Part shown: positions 48,399 through 58,001 of the stretch, piece by piece
Layout: each line of letters starts with the position of its first letter
Position numbering within the stretch: position 1 is the first letter of the stretch
Origin: an uncultured Erysipelotrichaceae bacterium
GTDB lineage: Bacteria; Bacillota_I; Bacilli_A; Erysipelotrichales; Coprobacillaceae
Assembly: GCA_910588075.1 (NCBI GenBank)
Contig: CAJUOS010000006.1
Location: 127 to 64,126, forward strand
Length of the DNA stretch: 64,000 nt
Direction: 5' to 3'
Notes under the pieces: generated by a model
Databases searched by the model: none
Seen by the model: only the letters and a program-made list of their open reading frames with translations
What the model was told of the DNA's origin: nothing
Position numbers and translations under genes: made by a program

Positions 48399-48899
48399 AT
48401 GAAAAATATTATTTTTATTGGAGGAACAATGGGAGTTGGAAAAAGCACTGTTTCACAAGCTTTAAAAAAAGATTTAAATGATAGTGTTTGTCTTGATGGG
48501 GATTGGTGTTGGGATATGAATCCATTTGTTGTTAATGGGGAAACAAAGGCATTGGTAATGGATAATATTTGTTATATGTTAAATAATTTTATTCATTGCC
48601 AACAATATCAAAATATTATCTTTTGTTGGGTTATGCATCAACAATCTATTATTGATGAACTTCTTTCTTATTTAGATACAAAAGATTGTAATGTTTATTG
48701 TATTTCTTTAAGTTGCTCAGTTGAACAACTCACAAAGCAAATAGAAAAAGATATACAACAAGGAATTAGAAAAATGGATGTATTAAAAAGAAGTATAGAA
48801 AGATTAAAATTATATGATAACCTTAATACTATAAAAATCGACACAACTCTTTTATCTGTTTATGAAATAGTAGATAGAATAAAGGAAATCATAGACTAA
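48399..48899 (+). CDS. P-loop NTPase/kinase-like protein (AAA_33-like)
   Basis: Walker A GGTMGVGKST at the N-terminus. About 165 aa. Confidence 0.65.
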   Translation: MKNIIFIGGTMGVGKSTVSQALKKDLNDSVCLDGDWCWDMNPFVVNGETKALVMDNICYMLNNFIHCQQYQNIIFCWVMHQQSIIDELLSYLDTKDCNVYCISLSCSVEQLTKQIEKDIQQGIRKMDVLKRSIERLKLYDNLNTIKIDTTLLSVYEIVDRIKEIID

Positions 48900-48973
48900 T
48901 ATTTTGTTATTGAATTGACTTCAATAGTGTTTTTACTTATAATAATGGAAGTAGTAAAAAGGCAGGGATAAAT

Positions 48974-49531
48974 ATGTTTACGAAAAAAGAAGTCTTTAGT
49001 ATTCCAAACTTAATGTGTTATTTTAGGATTTTATTAGTTCCTATTTTTGTTTATGTTTATTTTACTGCTGAAACTGGACAAGGACATCTATTATCTGCCT
49101 TTATTTTACTTCTTTCAAGTATTAGTGATTTTTTAGATGGGTATATTGCTCGTAAATATAATATGGTTACTGAACTTGGCAAACTGATTGATCCTGTTGC
49201 AGATAAATTAACTCAATTTGTAGTTGCATGTGTCCTTATGTATACATATCCAGCATATTCATTTTTAGTTGCTATTATTGTACTTAAAGATGGAATGTTA
49301 TTGTTTGTTGGATGGTATATTTATCGTAAGAAAGCTAAACATTTAGCACAAGCAGAAATGCCTGGTAAAATTGCCACTGCTGTTTTCTTTGTTGTTTCTA
49401 TTTTATTGATTGCATTTAATATTCCACATACAGTTATTGCTTCTATAATGATTTATACAACACTAGTTTTAATGATTTTAGCAATGATTTACTACGGACA
49501 GGGATTGTATCATTTATATAAAGAGGATTAA
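48974..49531 (+). CDS. pgsA: CDP-alcohol phosphatidyltransferase (PgsA-like)
   Basis: Motif DFLDGYIARKYNMVTELGKLIDPVADK (D-G-x2-A-R-x8-G-x3-D-x3-D). Multi-TM. A TTGACT-17-TATAAT promoter lies upstream. Confidence 0.85.
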   Translation: MFTKKEVFSIPNLMCYFRILLVPIFVYVYFTAETGQGHLLSAFILLLSSISDFLDGYIARKYNMVTELGKLIDPVADKLTQFVVACVLMYTYPAYSFLVAIIVLKDGMLLFVGWYIYRKKAKHLAQAEMPGKIATAVFFVVSILLIAFNIPHTVIASIMIYTTLVLMILAMIYYGQGLYHLYKED

Positions 49532-49578
49532 ACAAGATATATTTCTTGTTTTTTTATATTGTTTTAGAAAGGATAATT

Positions 49579-49968
49579 ATGGATAAAAGAGAATTAAAGT
49601 ATAGATGCTATATGGAAGCATTAGAGAAAAGTGTTGTTTCTGTTGAAATAATTTTAAACAGACTAGTACAAATTGATGATAAAAAAGGAATAATTGATGA
49701 TGTTGTTTTAATGAAAGATAAGAGAAAAACAATTCTTGATTTAGAATTATCATTAGCTGATTTGTGCATTTTATTAAGAAAGATGTCAGAAAATTTATTT
49801 ATTCAAATAGATAAAGAATTAAGAAGAGATATGAATAGTATTATTCATTCTAATCGTTTTGAATATTATCAAGAAGTTATTGTTTATTCTCAAAAAGGCA
49901 GGGAAGAGGTTGATTTAAAAGCATTATTAGCATTTTGCCATCAAATACTATCAACTGACAAAGTTTGA
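49579..49968 (+). CDS. Hypothetical helical protein
   Basis: ATG behind GAAAGGA. Contains an R-x6-H stretch (RDMNSIIH). No firm family assignment. Confidence 0.5.
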   Translation: MDKRELKYRCYMEALEKSVVSVEIILNRLVQIDDKKGIIDDVVLMKDKRKTILDLELSLADLCILLRKMSENLFIQIDKELRRDMNSIIHSNRFEYYQEVIVYSQKGREEVDLKALLAFCHQILSTDKV

Positions 49969-50004
49969 ATGAAGAATAATTTATAATTGTTTTGGGTGAT
50001 ACTT

Positions 50005-50193
50005 ATGAACTTAAGAAGAAATATGGGAATAATGATGATGATGTTAGGAGTTTTATTAACTATTAATCAAGCAGGGGTTAATAATGAATTTTTAATAAAA
50101 ATTAGAAAAACATTAGAAGTCTATTGGCCTCTCATATTAAGTTTTATAGGTATATATATGATTTCTTTTCCAAAGAAAAAGAATAAAAGATAA
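50005..50193 (+). CDS. Small two-TM membrane protein
   Basis: MNLRRNMGIMMMMLGVLL...; RBS GGGTGA. Confidence 0.45.
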   Translation: MNLRRNMGIMMMMLGVLLTINQAGVNNEFLIKIRKTLEVYWPLILSFIGIYMISFPKKKNKR

Positions 50194-50271
50194 AATATAA
50201 AAAATAGATGATAAAACTTTATTTTTTGTTTATTATTTTGTATAATGAACGCATATGGAGGTATATGTATA

Positions 50272-51789
50272 ATGAAAAAAAGACCTGTGGTTTTATGTAT
50301 TTTAGATGGTTATGGTTTAACTGAAAGAATTGATGGAAATGCTGTTAAATTAGCAAATACACCAAATTTAGACGATTTAATGGCAATGTATCCAACAACA
50401 ACTTTAAAGGCTTGTGGGAATGCTGTGGGATTACCTGAAGGTCAAATGGGTAATAGTGAAGTTGGACATTTAAATATTGGAGCTGGTAGAATTGTTTACC
50501 AATCATTAACTTTAATTAATAAGGCTGTTGAAGATGGAACATTTTTTGAAAATGAATGTTTCTTAAAAGCTATACAACATGCGAAAGATAATAATTCTAA
50601 ATTACATATTTGGGGATTATTATCAAATGGTGGAGTTCATTCATCAAATGAACATATTTATGCATTATTAAAATTAGCAAAAAATCATGGCTTAGAAAAA
50701 GTTTATGTTCATGCATTTTTAGATGGAAGAGATGTTGCTCCTGATAGTGGTGCAGATTTTATTCAAGAATTACAAGATAAAATGAATGAAATAGGAGTTG
50801 GGCAAATAGCAACTATTTCAGGTAGATATTATGCTATGGATAGAGATAAAAGAATGGATCGTATTGAATTAGCATATAATGCTTTAATTGCAAAGAGTGG
50901 AGAAACATATAGTGATCCAGTTCAATATGTTAAAGATTCTTATACAAAAGAAGTATATGATGAATTTGTTATTCCTGGATATAACCCAGAGACAAATGGT
51001 GGTGTAAGTGATGATGATGCCATTATCTTTGCTAACTTTAGACCAGATAGAGCAATTCAAATGTCAAATGTTTTCACAGCTGATGTTTATGATGACTTTA
51101 AACCAGCAGATAAACCAAAGAATATTTATTTCGTATGTATGATGAGATATGCTGATACAGTGAATGGAGATATTGCATTCCATTCAGTAAACTTAAATAA
51201 TACATTAGGAGATTATTTATCATCTCAAGGATTAAAACAATTAAGAATTGCAGAAACTGAAAAATATGCTCATGTAACATTCTTTATGGATGGTGGAGTT
51301 GATAAAGAAATTGAAGGAGCTACTCGTGTATTAATTAATTCACCAAAAGTAGCAACTTATGATTTACAACCAGAAATGAGTGCTTATGAAGTTAAAGATG
51401 CACTTATTGCTGAATTAGATAAAGATTTATATGATGTTGTTATTGTAAACTTTGCAAACTGTGATATGGTTGGACATACAGGAATTATCCCAGCAGCAAT
51501 CAAAGCTGTTGGTGTAGTTGATGAATGTGTAGGAGAAGTTTATCAAAAAGTTCTTGAATTAGGAGGAACTATGTTGATTACAGCTGATCATGGAAATAGT
51601 GAAAGATTATTAGATGAAGAGAATAATCCATTTACTGCTCATACAACAAACCCAGTACCTTTAATTCTAACAAATACGCATTTAGAATTAAAAGAAGGGG
51701 GAAAACTTGGAGATTTAGCTCCAACAATTCTTCAATTATTAGGATTACCTATTCCTGAAGAAATGACTGGTGAAAGTTTATTAGGATAA
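50272..51789 (+). CDS. gpmI: 2,3-bisphosphoglycerate-independent phosphoglycerate mutase
   Basis: Motifs LCILDGYG, GNSEVGHLNIGAGR and ADHGN. Confidence 0.95.
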   Translation: MKKRPVVLCILDGYGLTERIDGNAVKLANTPNLDDLMAMYPTTTLKACGNAVGLPEGQMGNSEVGHLNIGAGRIVYQSLTLINKAVEDGTFFENECFLKAIQHAKDNNSKLHIWGLLSNGGVHSSNEHIYALLKLAKNHGLEKVYVHAFLDGRDVAPDSGADFIQELQDKMNEIGVGQIATISGRYYAMDRDKRMDRIELAYNALIAKSGETYSDPVQYVKDSYTKEVYDEFVIPGYNPETNGGVSDDDAIIFANFRPDRAIQMSNVFTADVYDDFKPADKPKNIYFVCMMRYADTVNGDIAFHSVNLNNTLGDYLSSQGLKQLRIAETEKYAHVTFFMDGGVDKEIEGATRVLINSPKVATYDLQPEMSAYEVKDALIAELDKDLYDVVIVNFANCDMVGHTGIIPAAIKAVGVVDECVGEVYQKVLELGGTMLITADHGNSERLLDEENNPFTAHTTNPVPLILTNTHLELKEGGKLGDLAPTILQLLGLPIPEEMTGESLLG

Positions 51790-51854
51790 GAGAGAGCTCT
51801 TATCCTTTTCTTTTGGTAATGTTTATGATATATTTAAACCAATGGAGTGAGAAG

Positions 51855-52364
51855 ATGAAGAAAAAAATTATTTTTTTATTATCATTATTTTTTTTATTAG
51901 GTTGTCAAAGTCAACCTGTTCAAAAATTAAAAATAAATGGAATTGAAAATATTCAATATGATGAGTTAATAAAGAATTTAAATTCCAATGTTACATTTAT
52001 TATATATATTGGTAGACCAGATTGTGGTGATTGTCAACAATTCTATCCTGTTTTAGAAGAATATATTCAATCACATAAAGATACAGGAATATATTATTTG
52101 AATATTAAACAATTTAGAGACCAAGCTAAAAAAGAAGATGCAACAAAAGAAGAAAAAGATTTTTATAAAAATCTATACGAAGAACTTCATTTTGATTGGA
52201 CACCTACTATACATGTTATTTCTAATGGTCAATTTATAAAAACATATCAATATTTAAATGAAGATTATTTTGAAATAAAAGATAGAAAAAAACAAAGAAT
52301 GAAAAGACAAGAATTTTTAGATGAGTTTCAAATATTTATGGATGATTATTTTAAGGAGGATTAA
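51855..52364 (+). CDS. Thioredoxin-fold lipoprotein
   Basis: Lipobox LLGC after a signal peptide. CGDC (CxxC) motif in a thioredoxin-like context. Confidence 0.7.
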   Translation: MKKKIIFLLSLFFLLGCQSQPVQKLKINGIENIQYDELIKNLNSNVTFIIYIGRPDCGDCQQFYPVLEEYIQSHKDTGIYYLNIKQFRDQAKKEDATKEEKDFYKNLYEELHFDWTPTIHVISNGQFIKTYQYLNEDYFEIKDRKKQRMKRQEFLDEFQIFMDDYFKED

Positions 52365-52367
52365 TAT

Positions 52368-53183
52368 ATGAAAGAATGTCCTAGATGTGGTTATAAGATA
52401 ACTGATGAAGATAAATATTGTCCTCACTGTGGATTAGATTTACAAAGGCAATATAAACCATTACAAAGTAAAAAAGCAAAATCAACAAATTATTTATTAT
52501 ATGTTTTAATTCTTTTTTCTTTTGTAAGTATTCCATTATTATATTCACAAGTTTTAAATAACTTAACACAAAATTTACCATTACCCCAACAAACCCAAAA
52601 TACTTCTCAATTACCCAATATGATTGAGGCTGAGCCAACAGCTCTTTTACAATCTTTTGATACATTAGCAGACTATAAACAAAAATATTCAAATGTATCA
52701 TCTTTTATATCTAATATAGAAAATTATGAAAAATCTTTATTTGAGAAAGGGAATAATACATTCCAAAAAGAATATAGTATACAAGTTTTAAATAATTATA
52801 ATGTTTTATATAGATTGGTTTATACAACAACAATATCTGATCAATATGAAATAAAAATTGTGAAAGAATATGATAGAGCTCATAATTATAATCGAGAAAT
52901 TATATCTTTAAGAAAACACAATGCACAATTATTTGAAGAACTTTTATTAAACGAAGAAGAAAAACAAATGATTAATAATTATATTGGTGATCAACAAGCT
53001 ATTGATAAAGTGATTCAAGCCTATTCTTTACGTAAAGAAGAATTTCGTGATAAAAAAGAAAAAATAGGTCATTATGGGTTAGGAACATATCAAGATAATA
53101 TTTCATTTGTTGTTTATAGATATCATGATACTTATCAATCTGAATTAAAATATCAAAAAGAAATAAAAGATTACTTAGGTTAA
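52368..53183 (+). CDS. Zinc-ribbon membrane protein, unknown function
   Basis: CPRCG...CPHCG, then one TM segment, then a ~190-aa extracytoplasmic domain. Confidence 0.6.
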   Translation: MKECPRCGYKITDEDKYCPHCGLDLQRQYKPLQSKKAKSTNYLLYVLILFSFVSIPLLYSQVLNNLTQNLPLPQQTQNTSQLPNMIEAEPTALLQSFDTLADYKQKYSNVSSFISNIENYEKSLFEKGNNTFQKEYSIQVLNNYNVLYRLVYTTTISDQYEIKIVKEYDRAHNYNREIISLRKHNAQLFEELLLNEEEKQMINNYIGDQQAIDKVIQAYSLRKEEFRDKKEKIGHYGLGTYQDNISFVVYRYHDTYQSELKYQKEIKDYLG

Positions 53184-53258
53184 AAGAGAGATACATCTCT
53201 CTTTTTCTTTGCATTTAAGATAATATTAGATATAATAATAAAAATGGAGGAAAGATGG

Positions 53259-54059
53259 ATGAAAATATTATTTAGTGATTTTGATGGGACTTTGGTAGAA
53301 AATGATAAGGTATTGTCTCAAAAAAATAAAGAAATGATGAAAATATTACAAAAACAAGGACATTTGATGGTTATATGTACTGGTAGAAATATTAAAGAAT
53401 TTCAAAGGGATCAAGAAATATTTGATTTTCCATTTGATTATCTTGTTTTGAATAATGGTGGACATATTGTTGATAAAAACTATCATACTTTATATGAAAA
53501 AGTTATTGATAAACAAGTGGGAATAGATATTTTAAATCATACAACATCTTATCCTCATATGTGGTCTTATTTTTGTGATGGTAAAGAAACATATGCTTAT
53601 AAAGATGGTATAACATATGATCATAGTATAGGAGATGTTGAAATTGATGCAGACTTTATCTCTTTATATCATCAAGCTCATCATTTTCAAATTATCTGTT
53701 TTAATCAAGATGATGCAGGTATGAAAGATACAAATATATGTTATGACTATGTTAAAAATAATTATCATGATGATGTTGAAGCTTATTTTAATTTACATTA
53801 TGTAGATGTTGTTCCAAGTGGATGTTCAAAGGGAACAGGTGTTCATAAATTATTAGAATTACTTTCTCAAAATATAACAGAAGTTTATGCGGTGGGTGAT
53901 TCATATAATGATTTATCTATGATACAAGAAGCTACTTATGGATATACATTTTGTTATGCTCATCAAGATATTAAACAAGCAACTGATAGACATGTACAAT
54001 ATGTTTATGAAGTTATTGAAGATATGTTAGGAGGGAAATATGATGACTTGGCAAGATAA
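53259..54059 (+). CDS. Cof-type HAD-IIB phosphatase
   Basis: FSDFDGTL motif I and GDSYNDLSM motif IV. Confidence 0.8.
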   Translation: MKILFSDFDGTLVENDKVLSQKNKEMMKILQKQGHLMVICTGRNIKEFQRDQEIFDFPFDYLVLNNGGHIVDKNYHTLYEKVIDKQVGIDILNHTTSYPHMWSYFCDGKETYAYKDGITYDHSIGDVEIDADFISLYHQAHHFQIICFNQDDAGMKDTNICYDYVKNNYHDDVEAYFNLHYVDVVPSGCSKGTGVHKLLELLSQNITEVYAVGDSYNDLSMIQEATYGYTFCYAHQDIKQATDRHVQYVYEVIEDMLGGKYDDLAR

Positions 54060-55092
54060 ACTCAGACAGGTTGATCCTTATGAGGCAGGAGAACAACCTC
54101 AAATTAAAGACCTTATTAAATTAAATACAAATGAAAATCCTTATGATCCAGGTATAAAAGTTAAAGAGGCTATACAATGTTTTCAATCTTCAGAATTAGC
54201 ATTATATCCCAATCCAGATGCTGATGAGTTAAAGCATGTTATTGCTAAGTACCATGGTTTAAATGATAACCAAGTTTTTTTAGGAAATGGTTCTGATGAA
54301 GTTTTAGCACTTACTTTTTTAACATGTTTTAATGGACAAGAACCTATATTGTTTCCTGATATTAGTTATTCTTTTTATCCTGTTTATTGTCATTTGTATC
54401 ATATTCCTTTTCAAAAACAACCATTAAATGAATTATTTGAAATTGTTAAAGAGGATTATTATCAACCAAATTCTGGAATTATCTTTCCAAATCCTAATGC
54501 TCCAACAGGTTGTTTAGTTTCATTAGAATTCATAGAAGATATTTTAAAACATAATTCGAATAGTGTTGTTGTTATTGATGAAGCTTATATTGATTTTGGT
54601 GGTCAAAGTGCAGTTCCATTATTGAAAAAATATCCTCAACTTCTTATCATTCAAACATTTTCTAAATTTAGATCATTAGCAGGGATTCGTTTAGGGGTTG
54701 CATTAGGAAATCCAGAACTTATTTCTAAGCTTTATGATGTAAAGAATTCATTTAATTCATATCCTATTGATAGATTAGCACAAGTCATAGGAAAGGCAAG
54801 TATGGAAGATAGTGAATATATTCAAAATAATGCTCAAAAAATTATAAAAACAAGAGAATGGTTAAAAAAGGAATTAAAGGATTTAGGTTTTGTGATGCCA
54901 GATTCATATGCTAACTTTGTATTTGTTAAGCATCCAGAGTATGATGCAGAAACATTATTTCATGAATTAAGAGCAAGAGGAATTTTAGTGCGTTATTTTA
55001 ACAAAGAAAGAATTAATCAATATTTAAGAATAACGATTGGTACACAAGAACAGATGCAAAAATTAATAGAAGAAATAAAATTCATTTTATAA
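54040..55092 (+). CDS. hisC: Histidinol-phosphate/aromatic aminotransferase (class II)
   Basis: The pattern LNTNENP...YPNP...IDEAY..F...SKF..LAG.R.G is present. It is isolated from other his genes, so substrate specificity is uncertain. Confidence 0.8.
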   Translation: MMTWQDKLRQVDPYEAGEQPQIKDLIKLNTNENPYDPGIKVKEAIQCFQSSELALYPNPDADELKHVIAKYHGLNDNQVFLGNGSDEVLALTFLTCFNGQEPILFPDISYSFYPVYCHLYHIPFQKQPLNELFEIVKEDYYQPNSGIIFPNPNAPTGCLVSLEFIEDILKHNSNSVVVIDEAYIDFGGQSAVPLLKKYPQLLIIQTFSKFRSLAGIRLGVALGNPELISKLYDVKNSFNSYPIDRLAQVIGKASMEDSEYIQNNAQKIIKTREWLKKELKDLGFVMPDSYANFVFVKHPEYDAETLFHELRARGILVRYFNKERINQYLRITIGTQEQMQKLIEEIKFIL

Positions 55093-55125
55093 AAAATAAG
55101 ACAAGCCAAAGGCTTGTCTTTATGT
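55092..55125. terminator. Bidirectional terminator between hisC-like and esterase genes
   Basis: 10-bp stem AAGACAAGCC/GGCTTGTCTT with loop AAA, flanked by an A-run and a T-rich stretch. Confidence 0.7.
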
Positions 55126-55875
55126 TCTCCAAAGGAAATCCATATAAATTTGATTTTCTTTTTCCCAAGATGCTTCATTGTGTTTTCCACTTGTGATATT
55201 AATACAACAAGCAATACCTCTTTTTGTAAATTCTGAATAAAAATAAGACAATAATTGTTGCACACTTTCTAAATGTTTTTGTCCATATGTTTCCCTTTTT
55301 CCATGACTTAAATAGACTCTCGTATCTGGACTCATTTGAGTTTTTTTAAGTTCATCTTTTAACTGATATTGACAAATACTGATGGATGATGATAAACATG
55401 CAGCTTTAGAAAAATACTGGTTATATTGAATAATTGTATAAAGCGCCATAAGTCCTCCCATAGAGCTTCCACCAATACCAGTACATTCTCTAAATGGAAT
55501 GGTGCGATAATGTTGATCAATAAATGGTTTAAGTTCATGAACAACCCAATCCATTAATTCTTTTCCTTTGCCTTGAATATCTCCTAAATGAGTTCCACTT
55601 AATTCATAGGGACAAAATTCATTTAATCTCTCTCTACCTTTATGATTACATTCTATACCAACAATAATAAAATCTTTACCATAATCATCTAAAAATTCTT
55701 TAAGTCCCCAAGATTTTCCATATGTTGCATCTTCATCATTGAATAAGTTATGTCCATCATACATATACATAACAGGATATCTTTCATCACATTCATAATA
55801 ATGTTGAGGTAAGTATAAATGAATTGTTCTCATTAATTGAAAAGGGGTTATACATATATCAAATTTCTCTATCAT
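55120..55875 (-). CDS. Alpha/beta-hydrolase 'putative esterase' family protein
   Basis: GxSxG nucleophile elbow GGSSMGG. YLPQ...YPVMYMYDG N-terminal pattern of the PF00756-type esterases. Confidence 0.75.
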   Translation of the reverse strand: MIEKFDICITPFQLMRTIHLYLPQHYYECDERYPVMYMYDGHNLFNDEDATYGKSWGLKEFLDDYGKDFIIVGIECNHKGRERLNEFCPYELSGTHLGDIQGKGKELMDWVVHELKPFIDQHYRTIPFRECTGIGGSSMGGLMALYTIIQYNQYFSKAACLSSSISICQYQLKDELKKTQMSPDTRVYLSHGKRETYGQKHLESVQQLLSYFYSEFTKRGIACCINITSGKHNEASWEKENQIYMDFLWRT

Positions 55876-56005
55876 AAACTAAACCTCCTTAATCTATATA
55901 GTACACCTTAGAGTATACTTAAAGTCAAGTATTTATAAAAATAAAGTATTTTTCTTTTTTGTAAGTAGAGAAGTATGGTATAATGCAAAAAATAGGAGGA
56001 AGAAT

Positions 56006-56653
56006 ATGGATAGAGATTTTGTTGTTATTTTTGATTTAGATGGAACTTTATTAAATACAGATTTATTAATACATAAGTCTTTTGAACATGTTTTTCACAT
56101 TTATAAACCAGATTATCAATTAACTGAAGAAGAACATCTTTCTTTTTTAGGTCCACCTTTAAGAGAATCATTTCAAAGATATTTTCCCAATACGATGATA
56201 GATGAACTGGTTGCATGTTATAGAGAGCATAATCATAAAAATCATGAAAATTATGTAACCATTTATCCAACTGTAAAAGAAACATTAGATATTTTAAAAC
56301 AAAAAGGTTATCCATTAGCACTTGTTACAACAAAATATAAAGAAGCTGCTTATATTGGTTTAAATCTTTTTGATTTAACAAAATATTTTGATATTATTAT
56401 TGGTGGAGAAGATGTTATTCATTCTAAACCTCATCCTGAAGGATTATTGAAAGTGATGAAAGAAACTGAATGTCGTCAAGGTGTTATGATAGGTGATAAT
56501 GTAAGTGATATTCTTTCAGGAAAGCATGCTGGTATTTATACAATTGGTGTGAAATGGAGTCCAAAAGGTCAAGAAGAAATCAAACAACTAAAACCTGATT
56601 TGATGATTGATCAGATGAAAGAAATAATAAAATTTATAGAAAGGGTGAGTTAA
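56006..56653 (+). CDS. HAD-IA phosphatase (PpaX/Gph-like)
   Basis: Motifs FDLDGTLLNT, VTTK and GDNVSDI. Confidence 0.8.
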   Translation: MDRDFVVIFDLDGTLLNTDLLIHKSFEHVFHIYKPDYQLTEEEHLSFLGPPLRESFQRYFPNTMIDELVACYREHNHKNHENYVTIYPTVKETLDILKQKGYPLALVTTKYKEAAYIGLNLFDLTKYFDIIIGGEDVIHSKPHPEGLLKVMKETECRQGVMIGDNVSDILSGKHAGIYTIGVKWSPKGQEEIKQLKPDLMIDQMKEIIKFIERVS

Positions 56654-57556
56654 ATGTTAGATTTAATTATTGTTGGTGCTGGTCCAGCAGGATTGACAGC
56701 AGCACTTTATGCTTCTCGTGCTGGAGCGAATGTACTTGTTTTAGATGGAGGAGCACCAGGAGGAAAGCTGAATTTAACAGCGGAGATTGAAAATTATCCA
56801 GGAACAAAAATGAAAGGACCTGAGCTTGCTTACTCTATGTATGAACAATGTTTATCATTTGGAGCGAAACAAGAGTATGGTGAAGTAACAAAAATTGAAA
56901 ATAAAGAAGATTATAAAATTGTTTATGTTGGTGATAAGTCATATGAAGCACGATATGTTTTGATTGCTACTGGAACAAAGGAAAGAAAGATGAATATTCC
57001 TTTAGAAGAAGAAATGACAGGAAGAGGAGTTTCTTATTGTGCTGTTTGTGATGGCCCTTTTTTCAAGGGAAAAACTGTTACTGTAATAGGTGGGGGAAAT
57101 TCAGCTATTGAAGAATCTATCTATTTAAGTGATATTGCTGAAAAGGTCAATATTATTGTTAGACGTGATGTTTTACGTGCAGATCAATATTTAGTTGATA
57201 AATTAAAACAAAAAGAAAATATTGAAATTCATTTTTTAAAAAAACCATATTCTATAGAAGTAACAGATCAAAAAGTAACAGGATTAGTTGTGTCTGATTC
57301 TAAAACAGAAGAACTATCTACAATTACGACACAAGGTATTTTCCCTTTTATAGGGTTAGATCCAATTACAGATTTTGTGAAAAATTTAGATATCATAGAT
57401 GAATACGGATATATTTTAGTGGATGAAAATCAAGAAACAAAAGTCTCAGGAATATTTGCAGCAGGTGATGTTACATCAAAACAATTAAGACAAGTTGTAA
57501 CAGCTACAAACGATGGTGCAATTGCAGGACAATATATTGCATCATTATTAAAATAA
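56654..57556 (+). CDS. trxB: Thioredoxin-disulfide reductase
   Basis: Motifs GAGPAG, redox-active CAVCDG, GGGNSA and GDV. Confidence 0.95.
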   Translation: MLDLIIVGAGPAGLTAALYASRAGANVLVLDGGAPGGKLNLTAEIENYPGTKMKGPELAYSMYEQCLSFGAKQEYGEVTKIENKEDYKIVYVGDKSYEARYVLIATGTKERKMNIPLEEEMTGRGVSYCAVCDGPFFKGKTVTVIGGGNSAIEESIYLSDIAEKVNIIVRRDVLRADQYLVDKLKQKENIEIHFLKKPYSIEVTDQKVTGLVVSDSKTEELSTITTQGIFPFIGLDPITDFVKNLDIIDEYGYILVDENQETKVSGIFAAGDVTSKQLRQVVTATNDGAIAGQYIASLLK

Positions 57557-57580
57557 TATTGAGTATAATATTTATATTTT

Positions 57581-57607
57581 GAAGTGTTTATAAACACTTC
57601 TTTTTTA
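57581..57607 (+). terminator. Rho-independent terminator
   Basis: Palindrome GAAGTGTTTA/TAAACACTTC followed by TTTTTT. Confidence 0.8.
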
Positions 57608-57634
57608 ATAAATACAAATTTTAACAAAAATATA

Positions 57635-57662
57635 TTGAATTTTATAAAAAATATGATATGCT
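57635..57662 (+). promoter_or_regulatory. Promoter with extended -10 in front of the riboswitch
   Basis: TTGAAT, 16-nt spacer, TATGCT, preceded by TGa. Confidence 0.5.
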
Positions 57663-57664
57663 AT

Positions 57665-57755
57665 CGTTGTAAATTAAATTAGCAAACCTATTGAAAGATA
57701 GGGACGCAAAGCTATAGGGTCTTTAAAATGACAGCCAGTTGCAATTATTTATAAA
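57665..57755 (+). promoter_or_regulatory. Class-I cyclic-di-GMP riboswitch (GEMM-I) aptamer
   Basis: Core at 57681-57742: AGCAAACC-UAUU-GAAA-GAUA-GGGACGCAAAGC-UAUAGGGUC-UUUAAAAU-GACAGCCAGUUGC. The conserved GCAAACC, GAAA-capped P1b, GGGACGCAAAGC, GGGUC and GAC.GCC.G.UGC blocks are all present, and GCAA pairs with UUGC. Confidence 0.8.
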
Positions 57756-57782
57756 CTATATGTGATTATATTTAATGATAAT

Positions 57783-57820
57783 GGCTCTATTTATAAGATA
57801 AATGGAGTCTTTATTTTTTA
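57783..57820 (+). terminator. Terminator-like hairpin 1 of the riboswitch expression platform
   Basis: 11-bp stem GGCTCTATTTA/TAAATGGAGTC (two G-U pairs) followed by TTTATTTTTT. Confidence 0.65.
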
Positions 57821-57852
57821 ATCATGTTCATAATTTTATAATTAATCGTAAT

Positions 57853-57886
57853 GGCTCCTGACTTTAAAAGATAGGAGCTTTTATTA
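57853..57886 (+). terminator. Terminator-like hairpin 2 in the same leader
   Basis: 7-bp stem GGCTCCT/AGGAGCT followed by TTTTATTAT. Its 5' arm is preceded by the same TAATGGCTC string as hairpin 1. Confidence 0.5.
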
Positions 57887-58001
57887 TGATGACAATCTAA
57901 AACAATGAATTAAGACATTGTTATGGATTGTATAATAAGGACCCTAAAATTGTAATAAAAAGAATAAAATTATCAATAAGGGATAGAGGTTGAATGTGAT
58001 T

